Virus record (IMG/VR): IMGVR_UViG_3300017774_005006
Span: 1-31,859 of that record
Length of the DNA: 31,859 nt
Direction: 5' to 3' (one strand)
Origin: a virus
Lineage: Duplodnaviria; Caudoviricetes
In this document: positions 22,845 through 31,303 of the stretch, one piece after another
Position numbering within the stretch: position 1 is the first letter of the stretch
Layout of the letters: each line of letters starts with the position of its first letter
Made by a program: the position numbers and the translations under genes
The notes under the pieces: generated by a model
Told to the model about the DNA's origin: nothing
Seen by the model: the letters and a program-made list of their open reading frames with translations, nothing else
The model's database searches: none

Positions 22845-23045
22845 TTACTCGCTCTTGCGCGGGCGGCCAGGGCCACGCTTGACGGGTGCAGGCTCGGCCT
22901 CGGCCTCGGGCTCTGCAAACACGCCATCGGGCGGGCATTGCTTGTCGGGCCAGCCCATCTCGATCAGGGCGTCCAGTTCCTCTTGCGAGGTGCACAAGAT
23001 GCCCGGCACATCGTGGCGGGGCTTGAACCAGTTGGGGAAGTCCAT
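22845..23045 (-). CDS. Small protein with C-terminal AT-hook-like motif
   Basis: MDFPNW...EELDALIEMGW...KRGPGRPRK. Confidence 0.65.
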   Translation of the reverse strand: MDFPNWFKPRHDVPGILCTSQEELDALIEMGWPDKQCPPDGVFAEPEAEAEPAPVKRGPGRPRKSE

Positions 23046-23055
23046 GTGCGCCCCG

Positions 23056-23418
23056 TCAGATTTGGAAGCCCGACGCGGAGGTGGCCGCGTTGGTGTTGCC
23101 AGCGCCCAATGCCGGCAGCGTGCAGACGATGGCGGTGTTGACACCAGTTGCCACCAAGGGCGGGTCAAAGTTCAGCACCAGCGGCGCGGCCGGCACCGTG
23201 GCGCCCGTTGGCACGCCGAACACATAGGACAGCGGGCCGCCCACCACGCCCGTGATGGTGGCAAGCACCAGGCCGCCAGCGGTTGCGCCGCCGCCCGTGA
23301 ACTGCACCGATGCCAAGCACGTTGTGCGGCTGGCTGCGGCCGGCAAAGTGGCGACGGCGTTTACGTTGGCTTGGTTGCCGCTGCTGTTGGCAACAGCGAG
23401 ACCGACTTGAGCGCCCAT
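23056..23418 (-). CDS. Virion structural or decoration protein
   Basis: AGGAG RBS; Ala/Gly/Thr-rich. Confidence 0.6.
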   Translation of the reverse strand: MGAQVGLAVANSSGNQANVNAVATLPAAASRTTCLASVQFTGGGATAGGLVLATITGVVGGPLSYVFGVPTGATVPAAPLVLNFDPPLVATGVNTAIVCTLPALGAGNTNAATSASGFQI

Positions 23419-23469
23419 GGCGTGCTCCTGAGAAAGTGGATGGCCGGGCAGTGACGCCCGGCCTGTTGC

Positions 23470-23865
23470 TTACTGCGTGACGGTCATGCCTAAATTGGGG
23501 TTCAACTGCACCCAATCGACGGCGACGGCAGCGGTGGTGGCGGCGTTCAGGATGAACGTCACCTGACCAGCGGCCGGGACGATGCGGGTTACGCTGGTGG
23601 CGGTGGTGTCGGCGGTGGCGTTCGACAGCACAGCCACGAACTTGCTTTCAGCGGTGAAGCCGGGGTTCGACACGATCACTTGCGTGCCGGCTGCAGCAAT
23701 GCCACTGCGGCCCGAGAGTTGGTTGGTCGTTTGGTTGCCGGCAGTGACCGGACCAGCCGAGAGCGAAGCGAGGCCGGAAGAGACCAACGCCTGTTCCACG
23801 GAGGTCGGCAATTGAACGATGACGTTGGCGGGATAACCGCCGTAGGAGCGAAGTAGCAAAACCAT
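23470..23865 (-). CDS. Capsid decoration-like protein
   Basis: Directly after coat; AAGGA RBS; small-residue beta-rich composition. Confidence 0.6.
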   Translation of the reverse strand: MVLLLRSYGGYPANVIVQLPTSVEQALVSSGLASLSAGPVTAGNQTTNQLSGRSGIAAAGTQVIVSNPGFTAESKFVAVLSNATADTTATSVTRIVPAAGQVTFILNAATTAAVAVDWVQLNPNLGMTVTQ

Positions 23866-23885
23866 GATGGGATTCCTTGAAGAAG

Positions 23886-23907
23886 AAAGCCCGCACGCGG
23901 CGGGCTT
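23886..23907 (-). terminator. Terminator after the coat gene
   Basis: AAGCCCGC-CGCGT-GCGGGCTTTCTTCTT. Confidence 0.7.
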
Positions 23908-23930
23908 GGGTTCAGTGGGTCAGACGGCGA

Positions 23931-25136
23931 TCAGGTCGCGTACAGGCAGGACAGTTCGGGATAGGTCGCAGCCCACCCAAACAGCACGTCAATACGCATG
24001 ATCGAGTTGTCGTTCACGCCGTCGTAAAACTCGGTGACCTTCAGGTTGAAGCCCTTGTAGGACTCCTGGGCCACGTCGATCACGCCCTTGCCGCCCGGAG
24101 GCGCCCACATTGGCACCATGGCCAGGGTGAAGGCGTCCTTGTGGAAACCCACGCTGGCGCCGTACGAACCCGAGGCGGTGCCGAAGATCGTGAAGTTGGC
24201 CGCCGTGGTGGCGTTGCTCACGTTCTGGAAAGCACCCGAGGGGATGATGGCCGGGCTGATGGGCAGCGCGGTGGCACCGGCCGCCAGGTCGGCGGTGATG
24301 GTGAACTGCGCCAGAACGCCAGTGCTCACGCGGCTTTGCGGGTTGACCGCGAACACGCCAGGGAAGCTGATCTTCGTGCCACGGGTGATCGTGCCGCCCA
24401 AGGCCGTGCAGGCAATCGACGCGCCGGACAAGCCCGCAGCCACCGCCGTGCCGGTCACCGCTTGGGAGCCGTTTACATGGGTGTCTACGTTCTGGTCCAT
24501 GGCGTAGGTCAAGCCCAACGAATCCACCATCAGGCCGCTGCCGAACTGCTTGCTGATCTTGTCCTGACCGTTGAACAGGCCCGCAAAACCTTGGATGGTC
24601 GCGGCGTTCAGGGCCGGGTTCATGATCATGGCGCGCATCTTGTCGCGGGGCGCGGCGTTGTCATCCAAGCGGCGGTTGACTTCCGTGATGGCTTGCAATG
24701 CCAAGGCTTGCGTAGTGGGCAAGGTGCCGGGCGTGCCGATCACGTTGGGCGTTGCCAAGCGGGCGAGCTGGCAGCCTTGGCGGTCGATTTCGTTCGCCAC
24801 AGTGGCCATGGCGGCTTGCAGCTTGCCTTCCAGTTGCTGAAGCGACAGGGTGCGCTCCAGGCTGGTGAAGTTCAGATCGACACCGCCTTGCGACAGGGTC
24901 AGCGGCACGGTGTTTTCGACCGTGGCTTGCGGCACCGCCACGCGGCCGGCGCGGTAGGTGTAGCGCGGGGGGCGCTTGATGTTGATGGTCTGACCGGTCG
25001 AGTAGCCGCGCGACTGATTGCCGGCGAATTCGTCTTCCCAATCGCGGTTCACTGCGGCCGAGAAGCCCAGCATGTTTTCCAGCACCGCCAAGGCTTCTTT
25101 GGCGACGATGGAGCAGGTAACAAGGGTGTTGCTCAA
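23931..25136 (-). CDS. Major capsid protein (P22 coat family)
   Basis: IVAKEALAVLEN...GQTINIKRP...RIDVLFGWAATYPEL; TTG start after GGAG. Confidence 0.92.
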   Translation of the reverse strand: MSNTLVTCSIVAKEALAVLENMLGFSAAVNRDWEDEFAGNQSRGYSTGQTINIKRPPRYTYRAGRVAVPQATVENTVPLTLSQGGVDLNFTSLERTLSLQQLEGKLQAAMATVANEIDRQGCQLARLATPNVIGTPGTLPTTQALALQAITEVNRRLDDNAAPRDKMRAMIMNPALNAATIQGFAGLFNGQDKISKQFGSGLMVDSLGLTYAMDQNVDTHVNGSQAVTGTAVAAGLSGASIACTALGGTITRGTKISFPGVFAVNPQSRVSTGVLAQFTITADLAAGATALPISPAIIPSGAFQNVSNATTAANFTIFGTASGSYGASVGFHKDAFTLAMVPMWAPPGGKGVIDVAQESYKGFNLKVTEFYDGVNDNSIMRIDVLFGWAATYPELSCLYAT

Positions 25137-25153
25137 GATGCTCTCCAGAAATG

Positions 25154-25174
25154 AAAAAACCCGCCGAAGCGGGT
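25154..25174 (-). terminator. Terminator-like hairpin between scaffold and coat
   Basis: ACCCGC-TTCG-GCGGGT-TTTTT. Confidence 0.7.
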
Positions 25175-25193
25175 CTGTGTGGGGTTGTGAGGG

Positions 25194-25991
25194 CTACTTG
25201 GCCCAGCGCGCGCCTTGCTTGGCGCGGTAGGCCCGGTATTCCTCATGCGACATGCGCGCGGGGTCTAGGGTTGCGCCGCGTCCTTGGGTGCCCATGACAC
25301 TGGCGGGACGGGGTGCGGCCGTGGTCTTCACGGCGGGGGCTTGTGCAGGCTGGGCGAGCAATGCCTCCAGGCGGCCAATCTCTCGATTGGCTTGTGCCTC
25401 TGACATGCTGTTCAGGCGCTCCAGCTCCTGCGGGTTCTTGGCCAGGTGGTACATCAACTGCGGGCCGGCTTCGCTGTCCAGCAAGGCCGCAGACACATGC
25501 GGCGTCACGGGCGCATCACTGCTGCCCACAACGGCGTCATAGTCCTGGGCCTTTGCCTTGAAATCGGCTTGGCGCTGCTCAAAGGTCTGCACGCGGGTCT
25601 GTTCAACCCGGCGCTGCCCCTCTTGCTGCATCCGCTCGTTGATCTTCTGTTCGGTCTTCCAGTCGGTCAGCGCTTCGACGTACTCGGCGTAGTCGTTGAA
25701 CTTGTCCGGGGTCGGCTTCTCGTTCGTCTGCTGCTGGCTGGCTTGGGTCGCCATGGTTCGCCAGTACGCAGCCTCGCGTTCTGCCTCACGCCGAGCGCGG
25801 GTCAATTCATCGATCCGAGGCTGAACGCCTTTGAAGCGCCCCTTCTCGTCCCGGTCCTTGGCCTGCTGTTCGCCTTCGGTGCCTTCTTCGGTCTGTGCTG
25901 CGGGTTGCTCGGTGGTTTGCTCGGGGGCTTGCGCCTCCTGCTCAACAACCGGTGCCGCTACTTCCTGACTGGTGGTTTCTTCCGCGCTCAT
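25194..25991 (-). CDS. Scaffolding protein
   Basis: Acidic N-terminus, RDEKGRF, VQPRIDELTRARREAERE, basic C-terminal helix; between portal and coat; AGGAG before ATG 25991. Confidence 0.85.
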   Translation of the reverse strand: MSAEETTSQEVAAPVVEQEAQAPEQTTEQPAAQTEEGTEGEQQAKDRDEKGRFKGVQPRIDELTRARREAEREAAYWRTMATQASQQQTNEKPTPDKFNDYAEYVEALTDWKTEQKINERMQQEGQRRVEQTRVQTFEQRQADFKAKAQDYDAVVGSSDAPVTPHVSAALLDSEAGPQLMYHLAKNPQELERLNSMSEAQANREIGRLEALLAQPAQAPAVKTTAAPRPASVMGTQGRGATLDPARMSHEEYRAYRAKQGARWAK

Positions 25992-26079
25992 TGAGCGATC
26001 TCCTGCCCGCTGTTGGCCTGCGGTGTGCCCCTTGTGATGCGCCGTGTCTGCTGCCAAGGATCAGCGGGGCGTGGAATGC

Positions 26080-26111
26080 AAAAAGCCCGCCGCGATTGCT
26101 CAGGGCGGGCT
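26080..26111 (-). terminator. Terminator after the portal gene
   Basis: AGCCCGCC...GGCGGGCTTTTT. Confidence 0.6.
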
Positions 26112-26128
26112 GTGTTGGGTGTCTTACG

Positions 26129-28267
26129 TTACTGCGGCGGGAGCTGGCCCTGCTGCATCGGTTCTTGCTGCTCTTCGCCGTAGCCTGACTGTTCGAATTC
26201 GGGCTGCATGCCTTGCATCGGCTCTGGCTCTTCCACTTCGGCCAGGTCTTGCGCCACTTGCTGCGCGAGCAATGCGGGCGGCTGCATGTTGGCCAGCAGC
26301 AGCTTGACCAAGCCGGTCAGCTCGGCCACATCGTTGCGGCCTTCGGCGTTGATGCTGGCGACTTCCACGCGGCTGCGGGCCTCGATCTCGGCCTTCTTGA
26401 TGCCGCTCTTGGCCTCTTGCAACTGCTGCATGAGGTCTTCCATCGCGCCTTCGTACTGCTGCAACTGCTGCTGCACCTCGGGCGGGATGGCCGGGCCGTC
26501 TTCCTCGCCCTCTTGCTTGTCCTGCAGTTCTGGCGGGATGGTCTTTTCGATGCGGTCGGCAATCTGATCGGCCATCGGCCAATCCATCGAGCGCACCACC
26601 TTGTCACCGGCAATATCCATCAGCTTCGGCCAGCTTTGGGCCACGGAAATCATGCCGTCCACGGCCTCTTGGCGAAGCGTGTCGTAGCTCGGGCCGCTGC
26701 TGATCGTTACGGCGTATTCGCCGGTCGTCATGTCATTCAAGATGCGCTGAATGGCGCCGGTCTTGGGGTCGGGCTTCTGCTCTTCAGGCGGGATCGGCTT
26801 GTTGATCGGCGTCGCCGTCACTTTGCCGTCCTGGCCCATCATTTTCAGCGTGCGTTCGGCGTCGTAGACCTTGGGCCACATGTCCAAGATGCACCGGCCA
26901 GCGTGCCGAAGCGTGTTCAGCAGGTTGTCGGTGTAGTGGAAGTTCGACACCTCGCCCTGACGATCACGGGCGCGGATGGCAATGCCGCTGGTCTCGTTGC
27001 TCTTGGCCCCCAAACTGGCGTCAAAAATGCCCGTGGTGGCCTTGATGTCGTCGTTGGCGTGCATCGCCATTGCAAGCACACCGCCTGGCAGATCGGCCAT
27101 GGGCTGACGTTGCGGCGGCGGGGCCAGCACACCACCCAAGCTGACGGGCCGGTACTCAAGGAACGGAAAGTTCGATGTGTTGGCCTGCGCCCACTCGGTT
27201 TCGTAGCCTTCGAACTGGCCTTCTGCGCCAATGTAGGGGGTCTTCGGACGCATGGCGACTTCCTCAGTCGCGGCCGTCATCCAAAAGTTGTACATGCGCG
27301 CCGGGTCTTTGGCGTTGCGGATCAGGCCCGAGCGGATGATCTTGCCGTCAATGTCCAGTTCGTCACCGTAAACCGGGAAAACGGGAATCCACTTGCACGG
27401 GATCTCGGCGCGGTCGATGATTTCCGTGGCGGTCAGCTTGAACCACTCCACGGTTTTGCGCACGCCGTCGCGCTCGCGGGCAATGGTCACGCCGGGCGGC
27501 AAATCCAGCAGATCGTCGGCATAGCCGCTTTCCCCGTTGCTGAGCTGCACCACCTTGGCCGGCTTGGAGGTGATGCGGTAGTACTCGGCCACGCGCACCG
27601 TGTCGCGGTCGGCCCAGTCTTGCGCATCGCCCATGCCCTGCACTTGCGCAAAGTCGCAAGCATCGGCGGTCGGGTACTCAGCGCGGAACTCGCTGCGGGC
27701 CACCTTCACGCTCAGGATGCACCATTGCATGTCAGAGCCATCGGGCTCAATGCTGGCCGGGTCCGGGTAGACCGTGAACGGGTTGCGGATGCGCTTGAAC
27801 TTGATCTCCTGATCAAAGCTCGCGTCGTCGCAGTAGTCCGTGACCAAGCGGAAGTAGCCAAAGCCAATGGCCGCCGCGCTGTTCACTGCGGTGTCGTAGG
27901 CCACATCGGCGTTTGAGGCGTACTCAATGTGCCGAATGCCGCCTTGGATGACCTCGGCCACCTTCACGTCACCATCACCAACCGGGTGAACCTTGATGCT
28001 GGGCACGTTCTGCCGCTGGCTGTTCGTGACCTGGTGCAAGAACGTGGGCAGCTTGTTGATGGTCAAGCACGGGCGCTTGTCGCGGATGCGCTGCGCCTGA
28101 ACGGCCGGGTCCCACTGCGCGCCGGCTTGGAACTCCAAGTCATCCAGGGCGTTCTGGCGGTTCGTGCCATCGGCGCCGATGCACAACTGCATGCGCTTGA
28201 TCGCCTCGGCAATGATGGCGGCGTCGTCCGTCGCCTGTGCCGAGTCGTCGTCTTTGGCCGCCATCAT
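26129..28267 (-). CDS. Portal protein (P22-like)
   Basis: DDLEFQAGAQW, RPCLTINKL, WIPVFPVYG, GLIRNAKDPARMYN, GPSYDTLRQEA; Gln-rich barrel-like C-terminus. Confidence 0.93.
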   Translation of the reverse strand: MMAAKDDDSAQATDDAAIIAEAIKRMQLCIGADGTNRQNALDDLEFQAGAQWDPAVQAQRIRDKRPCLTINKLPTFLHQVTNSQRQNVPSIKVHPVGDGDVKVAEVIQGGIRHIEYASNADVAYDTAVNSAAAIGFGYFRLVTDYCDDASFDQEIKFKRIRNPFTVYPDPASIEPDGSDMQWCILSVKVARSEFRAEYPTADACDFAQVQGMGDAQDWADRDTVRVAEYYRITSKPAKVVQLSNGESGYADDLLDLPPGVTIARERDGVRKTVEWFKLTATEIIDRAEIPCKWIPVFPVYGDELDIDGKIIRSGLIRNAKDPARMYNFWMTAATEEVAMRPKTPYIGAEGQFEGYETEWAQANTSNFPFLEYRPVSLGGVLAPPPQRQPMADLPGGVLAMAMHANDDIKATTGIFDASLGAKSNETSGIAIRARDRQGEVSNFHYTDNLLNTLRHAGRCILDMWPKVYDAERTLKMMGQDGKVTATPINKPIPPEEQKPDPKTGAIQRILNDMTTGEYAVTISSGPSYDTLRQEAVDGMISVAQSWPKLMDIAGDKVVRSMDWPMADQIADRIEKTIPPELQDKQEGEEDGPAIPPEVQQQLQQYEGAMEDLMQQLQEAKSGIKKAEIEARSRVEVASINAEGRNDVAELTGLVKLLLANMQPPALLAQQVAQDLAEVEEPEPMQGMQPEFEQSGYGEEQQEPMQQGQLPPQ

Positions 28268-28283
28268 TGCGGCCCCCCACCGG

Positions 28284-28646
28284 CTACGCTTTGCGCGCCT
28301 TCTTCGGCGGCGTGTACGGCTCGAACTTTGGCAAACGAACAAAACCAGGGAAGCCGCCCCAACAAGCCATTGCAAGCTGGAACCCCCGGCGACCAAGCCA
28401 ACGTCTTTTGCTTTGTTGCTCTTTGCCGTCTTTGTACGGGTCGTGCCCCACGTACAGCGTAATCCCCTGCTTGTCTGCCAGTTCGCAAATTGCATCCAGC
28501 AATTGCGAAGCGTCCCCACGCGCGAGCATTTGCTCTGGCGCCAGGTCCATATGCAGTCTCGCCCCAGACACAGAAGTCGTGACTTTGAACGCCGTTAGGC
28601 CGTACTGGTGCAAGCCATCTTTCATTTGCACTGATTTTGCCGACAA
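28284..28646 (-). CDS. Degenerate GNAT-like protein, similar to the adjacent gene
   Basis: ARGDASQLLDAICELADKQGITLYV...WLGRRGF aligns by eye with RKGYATTLMHKVCREADAAGMVLLL...WYGREFGF. Confidence 0.5.
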   Translation of the reverse strand: MSAKSVQMKDGLHQYGLTAFKVTTSVSGARLHMDLAPEQMLARGDASQLLDAICELADKQGITLYVGHDPYKDGKEQQSKRRWLGRRGFQLAMACWGGFPGFVRLPKFEPYTPPKKARKA

Positions 28647-28658
28647 AAAGGGGCTGCA

Positions 28659-29057
28659 TCAATGAGTACCTTCTTTTACAGCAGTAAATGCGGCGCGGGC
28701 ACCGGGTTTCAGTTCAAGGAAACGCGGGGTTGCGCCGGGTTGGCGGGCCATCAACAGCGGTTCGGGCTGGATGGCCTGAAAGCCGAACTCGCGCCCGTAC
28801 CAGTCGGCCAGCTCGTCGCGGCTCATGCTCACGTTGTCGCCATAGGGCTGCGGCCACAGCAACAGCACCATGCCTGCGGCGTCAGCTTCACGGCAGACCT
28901 TGTGCATCAGCGTCGTGGCGTAGCCCTTGCGCTGCTCAGCCGCAGGCACCTCCAGCGCTGCCACCTCGCGCACGCTGGCGCGCATGTGCTGCGGGATTGC
29001 CACGGTCTGGCGAATGCGCAGCGTGGCAGGGCCTACGCGGCGTTGTCCTGTTTCCAT
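28659..29057 (-). CDS. GNAT family acetyltransferase
   Basis: Motif A VPAAEQRKGYATTLM and WY...FGF; TGATG-coupled to terL. Confidence 0.75.
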   Translation of the reverse strand: METGQRRVGPATLRIRQTVAIPQHMRASVREVAALEVPAAEQRKGYATTLMHKVCREADAAGMVLLLWPQPYGDNVSMSRDELADWYGREFGFQAIQPEPLLMARQPGATPRFLELKPGARAAFTAVKEGTH

Positions 29058-30340
29058 CAGCCCATCCAAGCGGTTGCGTTCATGTGCCCGCCGCCCATTG
29101 CCACTTCGCGGGCAGTTGGCTTGCGGGTTGTGGTGCCGGTGAGCTTGTCAGCCACCAAGGCGAGGTATCGAAAGGCGTCAGCCCCGTGGCTGTATTCGTC
29201 ATGCCGTGGCGTTCCGGCCTCGCCCGTGCTCTTGCTCACGTTGCGGCGGTAGCGCTTCAGGCACTCAATCAGCCTGCGCACGTTGGGCGTGTCGTTGAAC
29301 CAGATGCGCGGGAACACCACGCGAGCAGCGCGAATGCCCTGCTCCACCTCAACATTCGGAGTCATCTCCGGCGCGCGGTTCAATGCGCGCAAAACCTCTT
29401 CATCGCTCTTGCCTGTCTGGTGGCGCTTGGCGAACCCGTCATGCGGCAGCCAATCGTTGCCCCAAGTCATCGGCATGGCCTGCAGCTGCGCCACGTACTC
29501 CGGCAACGGGCGGTGGCTGTCTTCGATGTAGTCGATCACCCGAAGTTCACTCGCTGCGCGCTGCACAACGATGATGGCCATGGCGTCGTTCCAGCCCAAG
29601 TCCCACACCGCATGCGTGCGCAAAAGCGGGTCGTGCGGCACGCGGCCAATGCGCTTCTGCTCTTCGGCCTGGGCGATCTCGTTGGCGTAGATTGCACCCT
29701 CCACGGCCGGCATGCACCGGCCTTCCCACTTGTGCGCGTACTCCACAGCGGGCAGCAGCACTTCGTCTTGCGCCCGCTCCTTTTCCAGCACCTCGGGGAA
29801 CCAAGGGTTGTCACGCCAGTTCATCAGCACCGAAACCGTGTCGTCACGCGGAACGATCACTGCGCGCTGGTGCGTTTCGTCCGTCTCAAGCTCTGGGTTG
29901 TAGGTCGTCCAAATCTCAGAGCCAGGGGCGCGAATGGTTGGAGTCAGGATCGACCACGAACGCTTGCTGATCGTCTGCGCCTCTTCGAGCCAAACCCGCG
30001 TGCAGCCTTCGAAGCTCTTCACGCTCTCTGCGGTCTGGTCGCTCAAGCCCTTGAACAAAAACAAGGAGCCATTGCGGCCCCGGATCTCGTCCCGCAGCAC
30101 CTCAAAGAACCCGCCAAGGCCCATTGCCTCGATCTGGTCGCTCAAGAGCCGGTGCACCGAGTCCTTGATGCTGTCCTGAATCTCACGGGCACACAGCACG
30201 CGATGCGGCGCTTGGCTGGCTTGGATCAGCAGAGCCCGAGAAACTCCCCAGCTCTTGCCGCTTCCTCGGCCACCACGGATGAACTTGTATCGACCCTGCT
30301 CAAAGAGAAACGCAAGCTTGTCGGCAAGCTCAACTTTCAT
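29057..30340 (-). CDS. terL: Terminase large subunit (PBSX-type)
   Basis: Walker A GGRGSGKS, CAREIQDSI, Walker B VWLEEAQ, nuclease WDLG and HGADAFRY. Confidence 0.95.
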   Translation of the reverse strand: MKVELADKLAFLFEQGRYKFIRGGRGSGKSWGVSRALLIQASQAPHRVLCAREIQDSIKDSVHRLLSDQIEAMGLGGFFEVLRDEIRGRNGSLFLFKGLSDQTAESVKSFEGCTRVWLEEAQTISKRSWSILTPTIRAPGSEIWTTYNPELETDETHQRAVIVPRDDTVSVLMNWRDNPWFPEVLEKERAQDEVLLPAVEYAHKWEGRCMPAVEGAIYANEIAQAEEQKRIGRVPHDPLLRTHAVWDLGWNDAMAIIVVQRAASELRVIDYIEDSHRPLPEYVAQLQAMPMTWGNDWLPHDGFAKRHQTGKSDEEVLRALNRAPEMTPNVEVEQGIRAARVVFPRIWFNDTPNVRRLIECLKRYRRNVSKSTGEAGTPRHDEYSHGADAFRYLALVADKLTGTTTRKPTAREVAMGGGHMNATAWMG

Positions 30341-30714
30341 GCGGGCCGAATGAACTCCACGGCAAGGCTGATCTGCGCGGCCATGTCGATCTTTGTCGGC
30401 GCGTTGTAGCCGTGCATCTCGTTCAAGGCCTTCACGGCGCTGATTCGGTCAGCCGCCCTGTCTCCACCAATCTCACGGATAAGCGCGACCACGGACTGTT
30501 CCCGCGTCCACAGCGCCTTTTGCGCCAGCGCTGCCTTTAGCTCTGCGATCCTTGACGTAACCTTGACGTTCGCAGCAAGCTCGCTGGCCTTTTCATGCAC
30601 CGAAGCGGCTTTCATGTTGCCGGTGCTGTACGAAGCGCGGTAGGCGTCGGCCTGCGTCATGCCATCGGCGACGGCCTGGCAGAACTTTTCCTGCTGTGCT
30701 GTGAGTTTGGACAT
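30337..30714 (-). CDS. terS: Terminase small subunit
   Basis: LTAQQEKFCQAVADGMTQADAYRASY; ATGA-coupled to terL. Confidence 0.88.
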   Translation of the reverse strand: MSKLTAQQEKFCQAVADGMTQADAYRASYSTGNMKAASVHEKASELAANVKVTSRIAELKAALAQKALWTREQSVVALIREIGGDRAADRISAVKALNEMHGYNAPTKIDMAAQISLAVEFIRPA

Positions 30715-30825
30715 GGGATGCCTCTCGGCTCGGCATGCCGCGAACCCGGCAAGTGGCGGTGTAGGTGCCCCCGTAGCTGATCCCCGGTCGATCAAGGATT
30801 GGTCGGGCGTCGTGGGGCAGAAAGC

Positions 30826-30858
30826 AAAAAGCCCGCAGGGCGCGAACCTTGCGGGCTT
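30826..30858 (-). terminator. tR'-like terminator downstream of the late promoter
   Basis: AAGCCCGCAAGG-TTCGCG-CCCTGCGGGCTTTTT. Confidence 0.75.
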
Positions 30859-30888
30859 GTTTTTGGGCGCACTTATGCGCCTGAAATG

Positions 30889-30917
30889 ACTTTAGGGCTT
30901 TTCGCCGGCCTTTGCAA
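30889..30917 (-). promoter_or_regulatory. PR'-like late promoter
   Basis: TTGCAA, 17 nt, TAAAGT just after the Q-like stop, followed by a GGCGCA-TAAG-TGCGCC hairpin and a terminator. Confidence 0.7.
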
Positions 30918-30922
30918 GCCCC

Positions 30923-31303
30923 TCAAAGCACCCCGGCCGCAATCAGCCGCGCCGTGATCTTCACCCGCGCTGCAGCCTCAATCTCTGCCCGCTGCGCCGG
31001 GGGCACCCTGGGAGATGACCACACCGAGTAACCGCAGGAAAGCGAACGGGCCATGGCGTACAGCGCAGAGCGCCACGGGTCGGCCATCTCGCTCACCTGA
31101 AAATCAACCACGCGCATCGTGCTCGAGTCCAAGTCGTCATCGAGTGCGCCGTTCGTGTCGTCGTACTGGCGGCTTGTCCGGTAGTCCCCGCAGACCAAGG
31201 CCTTCGGCGCCCAGCCCTTCGTTACAGGCCGGCTTGCGCCCCAGTGGTGCCAGCGGCTCAGCAAGTCATCCAGCGCGGCTTGTGGGTTGATCCGGTCGTT
31301 CAT
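30923..31303 (-). CDS. Late antiterminator Q-like protein
   Basis: LDDLLSRWHHWG N-terminus; position between ninG and the promoter/terminator pair. Confidence 0.6.
   Translation of the reverse strand: MNDRINPQAALDDLLSRWHHWGASRPVTKGWAPKALVCGDYRTSRQYDDTNGALDDDLDSSTMRVVDFQVSEMADPWRSALYAMARSLSCGYSVWSSPRVPPAQRAEIEAAARVKITARLIAAGVL

Noticed and set aside
20113-30409. Long plus-strand ORFs (20113-22083, 23877-25154, 26213-27916, 28688-30409)
   Set aside because: Antisense shadows of well-supported structural genes in GC-rich DNA, with no recognisable motifs
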